From the IMG/VR virus record IMGVR_UViG_2778261166_000009, positions 1 to 30,168 of that record: 30,168 nucleotides of DNA. One strand, given 5' to 3'. Of the stretch, positions 8,624 to 18,521 are shown piece after piece; positions within the stretch are counted from its first letter, which is position 1; every line of letters begins with the position of its first letter. The notes under the pieces are model-generated. The model ran no database searches. It was not told the origin of the DNA and saw only the letters and a list, made by a program, of their open reading frames with translations. The position numbers and the translations under genes were made by a program. Source of the DNA: a virus. Lineage: Duplodnaviria > Heunggongvirae > Uroviricota > Caudoviricetes.

Positions 8624-9685
8624 TCATGCCGCACCCTTATCCGTTGATTCTGTGTAACTTAAATCAAAGTTAAGGTGTAGCCTTTTCGGTATTTCGGGAT
8701 CGCCGTTAACGGCCAGCATGAAACGGCGCTGGATGGGGGCTATTTCGCTTTTCTTGTAAATGCGTTCAGCCTTTTCAACATCCCCCAGTCCGGCAGTGTT
8801 CTGCGGGACAATACCGGCGAGGCCAGCAGGGAAACGGTGCGCGTTCAGAATGTCCTGGGCGCTGATGTTTTTGATATTGGCAAATTCATCTTTTGCAGAA
8901 ATATCCCCCATTTCGATGAACTTGATTGCATCCCCATCCCCGCCTGGTATGTTCACCAGAATAGTGGAGAAGTTACCGATACCTTTGCTGTCACGCAGCT
9001 GCTGTTCAATTTCTTCTTCCATTTCATCCGTCATACTGGGATCGCGGGTATAAAGAATACCGCCTGTGTGCGCACCGTTGTGGTAATAGCGGCGTCGGAA
9101 AATGACCGCTTCACTGTTAAGTAACGCGGAATGCACACCGCCGATGTAGTCTGGCAGTCCGTAGATATGCTGTTGCGGGTCATACATTTTGATAAAGATA
9201 ATATCTTCTTCTGGCCATACCTGCGGTTCCCCTTCCTGTAACACCACGTAGTCACCGGGTTTATCCTGGGCGTTATCTCTGACTTTGCGGCGGCGAATAT
9301 ACAGACCGGGCAAGGGTTCAAGTGCGATCACGTCGCCCCAGCCGTTACGAATTTTGGCAATCGCAATATCCCCAAAGGTTATATAGTCAAACGCTGCCGC
9401 TTCCAGCTGGTCGTGAATAAGCCCGCCCCCCTGATAGTCTGAAACAATCATGTTTTTACGGGCGTGAATGATGCCGCCGTGCTGACCGTTAAGATTAATC
9501 AGTTGTGCGAGTGCCAGCCGGTCAATCGGCTGGGTGAAGTGATCGGCGGCATTGTCGTACCAGATATCACGGTAATCTGTGCCGGTAGTCAGAACCGGTT
9601 CAGGTTTGCCGAATGTGATAATGCTCATCTTTTTTGATTTGTCGCCGCGCTGGTCGCGCTTAACAAAGCGTTTCTTTTTACTCAT
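8624..9685 (-). CDS. Q: Portal protein (P2 gpQ-like)
   Basis: 353 aa, leftward, coupled to the upstream terminase gene; Q-P divergent from O-N-M-L exactly as in P2. Confidence 0.8.
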   Translation of the reverse strand: MSKKKRFVKRDQRGDKSKKMSIITFGKPEPVLTTGTDYRDIWYDNAADHFTQPIDRLALAQLINLNGQHGGIIHARKNMIVSDYQGGGLIHDQLEAAAFDYITFGDIAIAKIRNGWGDVIALEPLPGLYIRRRKVRDNAQDKPGDYVVLQEGEPQVWPEEDIIFIKMYDPQQHIYGLPDYIGGVHSALLNSEAVIFRRRYYHNGAHTGGILYTRDPSMTDEMEEEIEQQLRDSKGIGNFSTILVNIPGGDGDAIKFIEMGDISAKDEFANIKNISAQDILNAHRFPAGLAGIVPQNTAGLGDVEKAERIYKKSEIAPIQRRFMLAVNGDPEIPKRLHLNFDLSYTESTDKGAA

Positions 9686-11457
9686 GCTGCCTCTTTCCTT
9701 ACACCCCAGCGGGATTTCGGTTTGTTTTCATAGTTAAGGGGTTCGTTATGCAGACCGTGGGTAATCGCCCAGAATGCCTCTGCGTGGCCGGTATCCTGGC
9801 TGCGGTCAGCGACAAACGTCATGGTGTTGCCGCTTTGTGTGGTGGTTCGGCGCACAGACATAAAGCTGGCGGCGATCTCTTTCATATTTTTATCCCACTC
9901 AATACGCTGGCTTTCCACCACGTCCACCGCTTTCAGTACCAGCTTATTTTTTGTGTTCAGGTCGTAACGAATGGGGACGGCCACGCGCATGGCAAAATGC
10001 TGAATGTTGTCAAAAACACCCTGGCCAATGCCGGTAACGTCCACCCCCAGATAAGTGAAGTTGTATTTTTTGAACAACTGCTCGATCTGTTTTGCCTGGT
10101 ACCGGAAGTTCATGCCTTTCCAGTAAATCACCTTCAGAACGCGGAACTTCTCCACGGCGAGCATCGGTGGGGCGATGATGACAAAACAGGACAAATCCCC
10201 GCTGCGAGCCGGGTCAAAGCCACCCCACACTGGCCTGTCACCGAATGGCCGCGCTGCATCAGGGTTGTGATCCTGCCAGGTGTCGATTTCAACTCCGCAG
10301 GCTTCCAGGTCGGAAAAGCTGAAAACGGAGTCTTTGCTGTCAACGAACACGCACATATAGAGCATGTTAAAAGTGGCGTCGTTGTAGCGGTTGCGAAGTT
10401 TCTCGATGTTCGCCAGGTTGAAACCGCCCGTAATGGCATCTTCCATCGTAATGACGTAGCGCCATTGCCCATCCGGGCAGAGTCGCCCGCCGTCACGCAT
10501 TTCGTTAAAAGACGGAAACTTAATGGCCGCACGTTTTTTACTGCCCTGTTTCCACTCATCGCCCGTCCAGAACGGGTAAGCCTGGTGCGTTTTTGCTGAT
10601 GGCGTTGAAAAATAGGTGGTACGCCACTTGTCATGTGTGGCCATTGCGCTGGCCACTTCGTTAAGTTTTGCAAAGTTTGGCACCCAGAAATATTCGTCAC
10701 AGTACAGGTGGCCACTGTAGGACTGGGCGGTGTTTTTGTTGGTGGAGAGAAAACGCAGTTCTGCGCCGTTGCTTAAGCGGATCGGGTTGCCGGTCAGCGT
10801 AATACCGAAATACTGCTCTGCAATATTCACGATGTAAGACCGGAACACTTCAGCCTGAGCCTTTGACGCTGACAGAAAGATTTGCGGAGCGCCGGTCATC
10901 ACCGCGTTTTCAAACGCTTCAAACGCAAAATACCAGGTCGCACCGATCTGGCGGCTTTTCAGGATGTTCCTGACAAGCTGGCCAATGTTATTGCGCAGGT
11001 GTTTCTGATATTCAAAAAGATGTTCCTCAGCCCATGCGTCAAAGTCCTCCTGCGTCAGCGAGGTAATATCGTTTTTCTTGTATTTCCGTTTACTGCGCGG
11101 TTCGTCGTCATTGTTGTCTCGTGCAGCTGCTTGCCCGGAACTCTGACCGCTGGCCATTTTCTCTTTGTGTTTATTACTCTGCGCACGCAGTTTCGTGGCA
11201 TGAGCAATGAGCATGTCCATTTCTTTCAGGTCTAGATCGGTTTTGTTATCGCGGCTGGCCAGCAGCTGGTAACGGCGTTCAATTGCTTCCTCTGTGCTTT
11301 CAAAACTGAGCAAATCCGCCCAGCTGTATTTCTCCGCCCAGTAGTAAACGATCCGCGCATTCGGCAGATTTAATTCAGATGCGATTTCCTTTGGCGTATA
11401 GCGGCGCAGATAAAGTGCGCGAACAACGCCTTTTAATTCTTCAGAGTATTTAGCCAT
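9682..11457 (-). CDS. P: Terminase large (ATPase) subunit (P2 gpP-like)
   Basis: 591 aa with an N-terminal HTH-like region and nucleotide-binding core; synteny with portal and scaffold genes. Confidence 0.85.
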   Translation of the reverse strand: MAKYSEELKGVVRALYLRRYTPKEIASELNLPNARIVYYWAEKYSWADLLSFESTEEAIERRYQLLASRDNKTDLDLKEMDMLIAHATKLRAQSNKHKEKMASGQSSGQAAARDNNDDEPRSKRKYKKNDITSLTQEDFDAWAEEHLFEYQKHLRNNIGQLVRNILKSRQIGATWYFAFEAFENAVMTGAPQIFLSASKAQAEVFRSYIVNIAEQYFGITLTGNPIRLSNGAELRFLSTNKNTAQSYSGHLYCDEYFWVPNFAKLNEVASAMATHDKWRTTYFSTPSAKTHQAYPFWTGDEWKQGSKKRAAIKFPSFNEMRDGGRLCPDGQWRYVITMEDAITGGFNLANIEKLRNRYNDATFNMLYMCVFVDSKDSVFSFSDLEACGVEIDTWQDHNPDAARPFGDRPVWGGFDPARSGDLSCFVIIAPPMLAVEKFRVLKVIYWKGMNFRYQAKQIEQLFKKYNFTYLGVDVTGIGQGVFDNIQHFAMRVAVPIRYDLNTKNKLVLKAVDVVESQRIEWDKNMKEIAASFMSVRRTTTQSGNTMTFVADRSQDTGHAEAFWAITHGLHNEPLNYENKPKSRWGVRKEAA

Positions 11458-11510
11458 ACGGATAATTATGCCGTGGTTGTGATGAAAAAACGGTGGTGTT
11501 AATTCGTGTC

Positions 11511-11538
11511 TGTTCGGTAAAGCGTTATAACCGAACTG
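11511..11538. promoter_or_regulatory. Dyad in the divergent late-promoter region (candidate late-activator binding site)
   Basis: CTGTTCGGT-N11-ACCGAACTG imperfect inverted repeat between terminase (-) and scaffold (+), about 85-110 bp upstream of the scaffold start. Confidence 0.35.
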
Positions 11539-11619
11539 TTCAGAATAAAGCGTAATGCAGTGGCGGTTTTATTTGGCAATAATTGAGTTCGCAGGGTCAG
11601 TGAATAAATCAGGGGGGAT

Positions 11620-12420
11620 ATGTCGCATTTAAAAACTGACTGGCTGTGTGTTGCCACAGAAGGCGATACGGTTGATGGCAGGGTCATGGAACGGCAATGG
11701 ATTATTGACATGGGGGAAACCTATGATGTCACCAATTATGCCGCACTAATCTGGCCTGAACATGAACGATATGCCGGTAATTTTGGCGAAGTGCTAAAGG
11801 CGATGTGGCAGGACGGGGAAGATGGGCTGGCACGATTATATGTGAGCCTGTGTCCTAACAAGCGCCTGTTGTATGCCAATGATGAAGGGCAATTGCTTTA
11901 TTTCTCTGTTGAGCCAGAACTTAACTGGCGCGGAGGTGAGCGAACGTATCTGGGCGGACTGGCCGTAACGGACAATCCCGCCAGTGTGGGCACTACACGG
12001 TTGCGCTTTAGTCGGCGCAGACTATCAAAACAGGGATATTACAGTTGCGTAATTTCCCGTGACGGAAAAATTAAGCAGGAAGAACTGATGAAAAAAACCT
12101 GGCACCATTTATTTGGCATTAAGCCAAAGTTTGAAAGCGAAGGTCAGCAGGATGATACGCAGCAGGGTGATGATAAATTGCAGGCGCTTGCGAATGCTGT
12201 TAACGATCTGGAAGCGCGAGTGGGGGCAATTGAAACACAACTGAGCACTGTTCAGGAAGATGTGGATACTATTGTTGAAGTTGTGGACACGGAAGAGTTT
12301 GCGGCCATTCGTGATAATGCGAAAGAAATCGTAACCCGTTTTAACGATCTGGATAATAAGAATACCCGCTCACCGGGGCGTAAAATTTCAGAAAAAGCCG
12401 GGAAATATAATTTTCTGTAA
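11620..12420 (+). CDS. O: Capsid scaffolding protein (P2 gpO-like)
   Basis: Motifs EGDTVDGRV and YLGGLAVTDNPAS resemble those I recall from P2 gpO; correct position. Confidence 0.8.
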   Translation: MSHLKTDWLCVATEGDTVDGRVMERQWIIDMGETYDVTNYAALIWPEHERYAGNFGEVLKAMWQDGEDGLARLYVSLCPNKRLLYANDEGQLLYFSVEPELNWRGGERTYLGGLAVTDNPASVGTTRLRFSRRRLSKQGYYSCVISRDGKIKQEELMKKTWHHLFGIKPKFESEGQQDDTQQGDDKLQALANAVNDLEARVGAIETQLSTVQEDVDTIVEVVDTEEFAAIRDNAKEIVTRFNDLDNKNTRSPGRKISEKAGKYNFL

Positions 12421-12483
12421 TTCGCTTTAACGCTGATTAGCCCAGAATAAATTTTATATATCGCTTAATTGCGAGGGAGTTTT

Positions 12484-13506
12484 ATGCACCTTAATAATCG
12501 TGCGCGGGATTTACTGGATAAATATTCGGCGGGGATGGCGCAGCATTTTGGCGCACGTGATACCAGTCGTTATTTTTCCCTGAATGACCCGCAGGAAAAT
12601 GCGCTGCGTCTTGCGTTGCTGGAGTCCGTCGAGTTCCTGAACATGATCACCTGTCTGGATGTTGACCAGCTGAGTGGTCAGGTGATTTCTGTCGGTTCTT
12701 CCGTGCTGCATACCGGCCGCAGTGAGAATGGCCGTTTTATTCGTCGTGTGGGTGTTGACGGTAATGACTATTCGCTGGTTGAGACAGACAGCTGCGCCGC
12801 GTTGCGCTGGGATCTGCTTTCGGTTTGGGCAAATGCGGGTAAGGATGAAAACGAGTTTTTCAATCTTGTCCAGGCATTCACCACACAGGCTTTTGCACTG
12901 GATATGCTGCGTATTGGTTTTAATGGTAAAAGCCGCGCAAAAACCACTGACCCGGAAGCCAACCCGAACGGCGAGGATGTGAACGTTGGCTGGCATGAGC
13001 GTATGAAAACGCTGCTGGGCGGCAATCAGATTATGACCGATCCCGTGGTGCTCGATGAGGCCGGGGATTACAAGTCACTGGATGCAATGGCGTCCGATCT
13101 GATTAACGCCAAAATCCCGGCGCAGTTCCGCAATGACCCGCGTCTGGTTGTCCTTGTCGGTGCCGATCTGGTCGCTGCTGAACAGTACCGACTGTATCAG
13201 GCAGCTGACCGTCCGACTGAAAAAATTGCTGCGCAGATGCTGGGGAGCACCATTGCTGGCCGTCAGGCCATTATCCCGCCGTTTATGCCGGGTAAACGCA
13301 TGGTGGTTACGCCGCTTTCTAACCTGCACATCTACACCCAGCGCAATACCCGTATGCGTAAGGCGGAGTTTGTTGAAGATCGTAAGCAGTTCGAAAACAA
13401 ATACCTGCGGAATGAAGGTTACGCGGTGGAAGTGCCGGAGCTGTATGCGGCCATTGATGAATCCGCAGTGACGATCGGCAAAGTCTCCGAACCGGTGGAG
13501 GGCTGA
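12484..13506 (+). CDS. N: Major capsid protein (P2 gpN-like)
   Basis: About 340 aa following the scaffold gene; ATG at 12484 preceded by GAGGGAG (the track start at 12469 is a TTG). Confidence 0.8.
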   Translation: MHLNNRARDLLDKYSAGMAQHFGARDTSRYFSLNDPQENALRLALLESVEFLNMITCLDVDQLSGQVISVGSSVLHTGRSENGRFIRRVGVDGNDYSLVETDSCAALRWDLLSVWANAGKDENEFFNLVQAFTTQAFALDMLRIGFNGKSRAKTTDPEANPNGEDVNVGWHERMKTLLGGNQIMTDPVVLDEAGDYKSLDAMASDLINAKIPAQFRNDPRLVVLVGADLVAAEQYRLYQAADRPTEKIAAQMLGSTIAGRQAIIPPFMPGKRMVVTPLSNLHIYTQRNTRMRKAEFVEDRKQFENKYLRNEGYAVEVPELYAAIDESAVTIGKVSEPVEG

Positions 13507-13509
13507 TAA

Positions 13510-14211
13510 ATGGCACTTTCCCCCGCGCAGCGTCACAGCCAGCGCATTGCGATGGAACAAAAGCTGAAACGCAGCCAGGCACTGGAAACCACGGAAAGTA
13601 TGCACCTGCTGATCAGGGCGCTGGAAACGGATGTGGAACACGTTCGAAGTCTGCCTACCATCGCCGATCGCGTCGAGTATAAACGCGATGTGCTGTTGCC
13701 GCGCTGGGTTCCCACTGTGGAAGCCTATCTGGAGAGTGGCCAGGTGTATGCCAACCCGGTTTTCGCCTGGTGTGTTATCTGGCTGTTTGACGTGGGCGAT
13801 CTGGATAAGGCGCTGGACTGGGCTGACATTGCAATCAGTCAGCAGCAGGCAACCCCGGATCGGTTGCGCAGCAATTTCCCCACGTTTGTGGCGGATACGA
13901 TGCTGGCATGGGCGCAGGAAACCGCAGGGCGCGGGGAAAGTGTTGAGCCTTATTTCACCCGCACGTTTGAGCGGGTGGCAAACACCTGGCGACTGCATGA
14001 GCAGGTGACAGCCAAATGGTTCAAGTTTGCCGGTCAGGAGTTGCTACGCAATGACGATGGCCAGAAAACTGCGGCGGGCGTGGATGATATTGAAACGCTG
14101 GAAAAGGCCGATCAGCTGCTGGCTTTTGCAGAAAAACACTACTCAAAAATTGGCGTCAGAACGGCGCGGCAGACAATTGCCGCCCGTATCAGAAAACTGA
14201 CACAAGGGTAA
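13510..14211 (+). CDS. M: Terminase small / endonuclease subunit (P2 gpM-like)
   Basis: 233 aa immediately after the capsid gene, as in P2. Confidence 0.65.
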   Translation: MALSPAQRHSQRIAMEQKLKRSQALETTESMHLLIRALETDVEHVRSLPTIADRVEYKRDVLLPRWVPTVEAYLESGQVYANPVFAWCVIWLFDVGDLDKALDWADIAISQQQATPDRLRSNFPTFVADTMLAWAQETAGRGESVEPYFTRTFERVANTWRLHEQVTAKWFKFAGQELLRNDDGQKTAAGVDDIETLEKADQLLAFAEKHYSKIGVRTARQTIAARIRKLTQG

Positions 14212-14307
14212 AGACTATCGCAAGCCAGGCGGACGCGGTGGAGGGCAGAACACCTTGTGTGTAACTGCGCCGTGGAAACCGGCCAGTCCGCCTTTTTCGG
14301 GGGATTT

Positions 14308-14760
14308 ATGTTTAGCGGAAAGCCGCTGGATTATCAGGATGAACCGCTGACCAATAACGGATTCTGGCCAGACCTGAATCTGAAGGATTTTCAGGCGCAG
14401 CGGTCACTACCGCCAGATATTGACGCTGACACCATCAGCCAGGCGCTACTTGCGGCAGTGGCGGAGGTGAATGCGGAGCTGGAAAACGTGGAGGCCAGCT
14501 GGAAAGCGAAAGGCCACACGCTGGCGGCAGAGGTGCCAGGCGTAAAAATGGGCGGACTGAACAGCCTGTGCGGCCAGTATATGAAGGCCGTTTTTGCCAG
14601 GGCAAAAGCGGATCTGCTGGGGGAGTTTGCCACGATCGGGCGGCGTGATACCCATCCGGGACAGGAAAGCATGGAAACCCGTGCCGGGTTACTGGCTGAA
14701 GCGTCAGTGGTTATCCGCCGTATGAAAGGGCTGAAACGGGCAACGGTGAAAAAAGTATGA
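14308..14760 (+). CDS. L: Head completion protein (P2 gpL-like)
   Basis: ATG at 14308 (the track ORF starts at an upstream GTG); about 150 aa in the gpL position. Confidence 0.55.
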   Translation: MFSGKPLDYQDEPLTNNGFWPDLNLKDFQAQRSLPPDIDADTISQALLAAVAEVNAELENVEASWKAKGHTLAAEVPGVKMGGLNSLCGQYMKAVFARAKADLLGEFATIGRRDTHPGQESMETRAGLLAEASVVIRRMKGLKRATVKKV

Positions 14761-15263
14761 GCCAGACGCAGATCCAGAGCCTGACCGCATTTTTTAAAGA
14801 GAACGTCCCGCCCCGCGCGATGAAGTCATTTGACAGTGTACTGGATGAGATGAAGTTCATTCCTGCGGCGAAAGATTACGGGCTGGGACAATATCGCCAG
14901 GCGGTTATCCGATATGACGCAGTTCTGAGCTGGGAGCGTTTCCCATATCGCCTTTGCCCGCCGCAGTTGCTTATGTCCTTACTGGCTGCGTGGCTGGATG
15001 ATGCTGACAGGGAACTACTGGATGAAGTGGGGCTGAGTGAAGCTGAACCTGACTGGGATGTGTCGGTGGAGGATGAGGAAGTGGCCACTGTGGTGCTGAC
15101 TGTTCCGATGGTGGAAGAACTGGTGATCAGGCAGGACGAAAACGGGGCTATTCCGTGGCGGGGTGAGCGCTGGTCACTGGTTGAGCCTGAAATCTGGACG
15201 GCACTGACCGCCAGTATTTACAGCGTGGATGAGGCTGGTGCGCCGGTGGGGGATAGCGAATGA
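14757..15263 (+). CDS. Acidic head-tail joining / tail completion protein (putative)
   Basis: ATGA overlap with the L-like stop; acidic 168 aa protein between head and tail genes. Confidence 0.35.
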   Translation: MSQTQIQSLTAFFKENVPPRAMKSFDSVLDEMKFIPAAKDYGLGQYRQAVIRYDAVLSWERFPYRLCPPQLLMSLLAAWLDDADRELLDEVGLSEAEPDWDVSVEDEEVATVVLTVPMVEELVIRQDENGAIPWRGERWSLVEPEIWTALTASIYSVDEAGAPVGDSE

Positions 15264-15967
15264 TTGCCGGTGGCGAGCTGAATAAAAAACAGCTGGCCGA
15301 ATTGCGCAAGGCACTGGCCAGCATGGAGCTGCCGCCGAGAAAACGGCAGCGTCTGATCTGGCGTCTGGCCAAATATGGCGTGATTGCTGCGGCAAAACGG
15401 CATGTGCGCAATCAGGAATTCCCGGATGGCCAGAAGTGGCCGGGACGTAAGACAAAACGCAAAGGGAAGATGCTGCGCAACCTGCCAAAGCTGCTGCATA
15501 TCCGTGAAATGCCAGAAATTCAGGCTGTGCGGATCTATTTGCAGGGCGGCGGATACCGAAACGGGGAAACGCCGGTACCAGCCGGAACAGTGGGTTACGC
15601 GCAACAAAACGGAATGCGCGTGAAAGTCAGCCGCAGTAATCAGCCACGGAAGGCGGAGGCAGGGAAAATGGCGACACCTGCCCAGGCCAAAAAATTACGG
15701 GCGCTGGGGTACCGGGTGAAAACCGGTAAGCGATGGAAAAAGCCCACACTGGGCGAGATCACCAAAACGATGCCGTACAGCCAGGCGGGGCTGCTGATTC
15801 GAAAACTCAGTGGTAAAGCCGTGAAAACCAGCTGGACAGTGGATCTTCCTGCCCGTGTGTTTCTGGGCATGAATGATGATGAATTTGACAAGGCGCTGGC
15901 GCGTCAGCTTCAGGCCATCGGCTTTGGCTGGGACGTTAAAGCGCAGGATATTAAGGGGAAAGCATGA
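15260..15967 (+). CDS. Virion morphogenesis / tail completion protein (putative), strongly basic
   Basis: ATGA-coupled; Lys/Arg-rich 235 aa protein; assigned by position. Confidence 0.4.
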   Translation: MIAGGELNKKQLAELRKALASMELPPRKRQRLIWRLAKYGVIAAAKRHVRNQEFPDGQKWPGRKTKRKGKMLRNLPKLLHIREMPEIQAVRIYLQGGGYRNGETPVPAGTVGYAQQNGMRVKVSRSNQPRKAEAGKMATPAQAKKLRALGYRVKTGKRWKKPTLGEITKTMPYSQAGLLIRKLSGKAVKTSWTVDLPARVFLGMNDDEFDKALARQLQAIGFGWDVKAQDIKGKA

Positions 15968-17091
15968 CCTGGCCAATTGTGACCGTAAACCAGGTAAATC
16001 AGCTGCTGGGTGAAACCAATGAAGTGGAACGCACACTGCTGTTTATCGGTTCGGGTACCAAAAATGTGGGGAAAACGCTGGCGGTGAATGCCCAGAGTGA
16101 TTTTGATTCACTGCTGGGCGAGGAAGCCAGCCCGCTGAAAAATGATGTTCTGGCTGCGCTGGCGAACGCTGGCCAGAACTGGTGGGGGTTCATTCATGTC
16201 CTGCCAACTGACGCGGAGGCAGATGCCTGGGTGAAAGCGGTTCTGGCCGCGCAGGTGGTGTGCTCTGTGGAAGGTGTGGTGCTGTCTGACGATGTGACCG
16301 CTAAAGCGCAGGTAAATCAGGCCGTGACGTTACGATCCACCCTGATTTCAAAATATGGCCGCTGGGTGTGGTTCATTCTGGTCGCACAGGGAATGCAGGA
16401 CGAAGAAGCCCAGGCGGATTATCTGGTACGCATGGCCACCCTTCAGGATGGCATTGCAGAAAAGGCGGTGCAGCTGGTTCCCCGCCTGTGGGGAAATGAA
16501 CCGGGTGTGCTGGCTGGTCGCCTGTGTAGCCGTGCGGTAACCATTGCTGACAGTCCGGCGCGGGTTAAAACCGGTGCTCTGATGAATCTTGGCAGTGATG
16601 ACATGCCGGTTGATGGTACCGGAGAAGTGCTGGAACTGGCCACACTTCAGGCGCTTGAAGCACAGCGTTTCAGTGTGCCGATGTGGTACCCGGATTATGA
16701 CGGTTTTTACTGGGCAGATGGCCGCACGCTGGATGTTGAGGGCGGCGATTACCAGTCGATTGAAACCCTGCGCGTTGCGGATAAAGCTGCCCGCCGTGTT
16801 CGTCTGCTGGCTATCAGCAAAATCGCGGATCGCTCGCTGAACAGTACGCCGGGAAGTATCGCCGCACATCAGACACTGTTTGCCCGTCCACTGCGTGAAA
16901 TGTCCACTGCGGCCAGCATTAACGGTGTGTCATTTCCGGGTGAGGTGAAGCCGCCGCAGGATGGTGATGTGACCATTGTCTGGAAGAACAAAAAGGCGGT
17001 GGATATTTACATTGTGGTACGCACCTGGGAAGTGCCGCTGCAAATCACCATCAGTCTGTTACTGGATGCCAGTCTGGAGGCCACAGCATGA
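15964..17091 (+). CDS. Putative tail sheath protein
   Basis: 375 aa, ATGA-coupled, directly upstream of a small tube-sized protein; called by size and order only. Confidence 0.45.
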   Translation: MTWPIVTVNQVNQLLGETNEVERTLLFIGSGTKNVGKTLAVNAQSDFDSLLGEEASPLKNDVLAALANAGQNWWGFIHVLPTDAEADAWVKAVLAAQVVCSVEGVVLSDDVTAKAQVNQAVTLRSTLISKYGRWVWFILVAQGMQDEEAQADYLVRMATLQDGIAEKAVQLVPRLWGNEPGVLAGRLCSRAVTIADSPARVKTGALMNLGSDDMPVDGTGEVLELATLQALEAQRFSVPMWYPDYDGFYWADGRTLDVEGGDYQSIETLRVADKAARRVRLLAISKIADRSLNSTPGSIAAHQTLFARPLREMSTAASINGVSFPGEVKPPQDGDVTIVWKNKKAVDIYIVVRTWEVPLQITISLLLDASLEATA

Positions 17092-17543
17092 CTAAACGTA
17101 TTTCGGGTATGTCGTTTGACACCTATATGGACGGCGATCTGATCCATATCGAGAAAATCACGCTCGATATTACGGATAACAGCGCTGCCGCCCAGACGCG
17201 TGGCGTCCCTGACGGGTATGTGGATGGCGATGTTGCCGCCGAAGGGGAAATTGAAGTCAGTTCAAAAACACTTCAGGTGCTGACAGCCAAAGCCCGTGCA
17301 GCGGGTTCATGGCGTGGGCTTCCCCCACTTGATTTTCTTTTCTATGCCAAAGCCAGTAGCGAAGAAATGAAGGTGGAGACGTTCGGCAATAAATTGCAGG
17401 TCAGCAACCTGCTGGATATTGATCCGAAAGGTGGCGGTGTGACCACGCACAAAATCAAATATTTCGTGACCAGTCCGAAATTCGTCAACATCAACGGTGT
17501 GCCGTATCTGGAAGCGGAAGCCACAGAAAACCTGATCGGATAA
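17088..17543 (+). CDS. Putative tail tube protein
   Basis: 151 aa, ATGA-coupled to the sheath candidate; called by size and order. Confidence 0.45.
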   Translation: MTKRISGMSFDTYMDGDLIHIEKITLDITDNSAAAQTRGVPDGYVDGDVAAEGEIEVSSKTLQVLTAKARAAGSWRGLPPLDFLFYAKASSEEMKVETFGNKLQVSNLLDIDPKGGGVTTHKIKYFVTSPKFVNINGVPYLEAEATENLIG

Positions 17544-17552
17544 GGGGCAGGG

Positions 17553-17855
17553 ATGCAGGAGCATGAAAAGAGCCTTTATTCACTGCTGATCATTGGCGCA
17601 CTGATTGCCATCGGCAATGTGCTGACCAGTAATGACCCCATCACGCCGCGCCTGTTTGCTGGTCGCGTGATCCTGGGCAGTCTGGTTTCAGTGGTGGCCG
17701 GGGCGGTGCTGATTCAGATCCCGGATGCCAGCCCGCTGGCCATTCAAGGGCTGGGGGCGGCGCTGGGGATTGCCGGTTATCAGGCGGTGGAAGTGTGGCT
17801 GCGCAGACGTGCAGCGGGAAAGCAGAACGGGAGCAAGACAAATGACCCTGAGTGA
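17553..17855 (+). CDS. Holin
   Basis: 100 aa with hydrophobic helices (LLIIGALIAIGNVL, VILGSLVSVVAGAVLI, LGAALGIAGY) and a charged C-terminus; overlaps the endolysin start. Confidence 0.6.
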   Translation: MQEHEKSLYSLLIIGALIAIGNVLTSNDPITPRLFAGRVILGSLVSVVAGAVLIQIPDASPLAIQGLGAALGIAGYQAVEVWLRRRAAGKQNGSKTNDPE

Positions 17856-18183
17856 AAAACAGCAATTATTCACAGTCATGGTGGCCAGTCTGATCCACTG
17901 GGCAGAAGAACATGGCTACAGACTGACGTTCGGTGAGGCTTACCGTACACCAGAACAGGCCGCGCTGAATGCGAAGAAAGGCAGCGGCATTTCTAACAGT
18001 CTGCACACCCAGCGGTTGGCGGTGGATTTCAATCTGTTCGTGAACGGTCAGTACAAAACCCGCACAGAAGATTATCTGCCTCTGGGGGAATACTGGGAAT
18101 CACTGGGTGGTGCCTGGGGCGGACGCTTCAAATCCAGACCGGATGGCAATCATTTCAGTCTGGAACATAACGGGGTGCGCTGA
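17842..18183 (+). CDS. Endolysin, peptidase M15-type zinc endopeptidase
   Basis: H-x6-D (SLHTQRLAVD) and downstream DGNHFSLE motifs; ATG at 17842 inside the longer track ORF; overlaps the holin stop. Confidence 0.65.
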   Translation: MTLSEKQQLFTVMVASLIHWAEEHGYRLTFGEAYRTPEQAALNAKKGSGISNSLHTQRLAVDFNLFVNGQYKTRTEDYLPLGEYWESLGGAWGGRFKSRPDGNHFSLEHNGVR

Positions 18184-18521
18184 TGAGCAGCGGGCAGTGG
18201 CTGGTTGTGGTGGCGCTGGCGTTTGTCTGGGGCTGGCTGACCGCTGACTGGCGGCGTGACAGCTTAGAGCTGGCAATCAATACAGCGGCGCAGGTGGCCG
18301 GTAATGAATCGCGAAAAGCAATGCAGGGTATTGCCAGTGATTCGGCCAGAGCGCTGGAAGATAAACTGGAGGCGTTAAAAAATGTGGCACCGCGAGAGAT
18401 ACGCACGGAAATACTTAAGCCCGTTTTTACCAATCGTTGTCTGTCTGATGAGTTTGTCAGCATGTACAACAGCGCCGCAGCCGGTACCGAACGTGCGTTA
18501 TCAGGAAAACCTGAAAACTAA
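18183..18521 (+). CDS. Rz-like i-spanin
   Basis: N-terminal transmembrane segment (WLVVVALAFVWGWL) followed by a helical periplasmic domain; start overlaps the endolysin stop. Confidence 0.6.
   Translation: MSSGQWLVVVALAFVWGWLTADWRRDSLELAINTAAQVAGNESRKAMQGIASDSARALEDKLEALKNVAPREIRTEILKPVFTNRCLSDEFVSMYNSAAAGTERALSGKPEN

Noticed and set aside
8574-8627. Longer N-terminal version of the Ogr-like protein starting at the ATG overlapping the portal stop
   Set aside because: Ogr/Delta proteins begin directly at the zinc finger and the internal ATG at 8573 has a good GGAG site; the longer form is kept only as an alternative.
9748-10599. 283-aa + strand ORF inside the terminase gene (and a - strand ORF at 10134-10715 in another frame)
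   Set aside because: Both overlap the terminase coding frame, which carries clear motifs and synteny; no independent support.
13075-13998. 307-aa ORF on the - strand overlapping the capsid and small-terminase genes
   Set aside because: Lies fully antisense to well-supported coupled structural genes in GC-rich DNA, with no ribosome-binding site or motif; a typical shadow ORF.
16348-16869. 173-aa - strand ORF inside the putative sheath gene
   Set aside because: Antisense shadow ORF within a translationally coupled operon.
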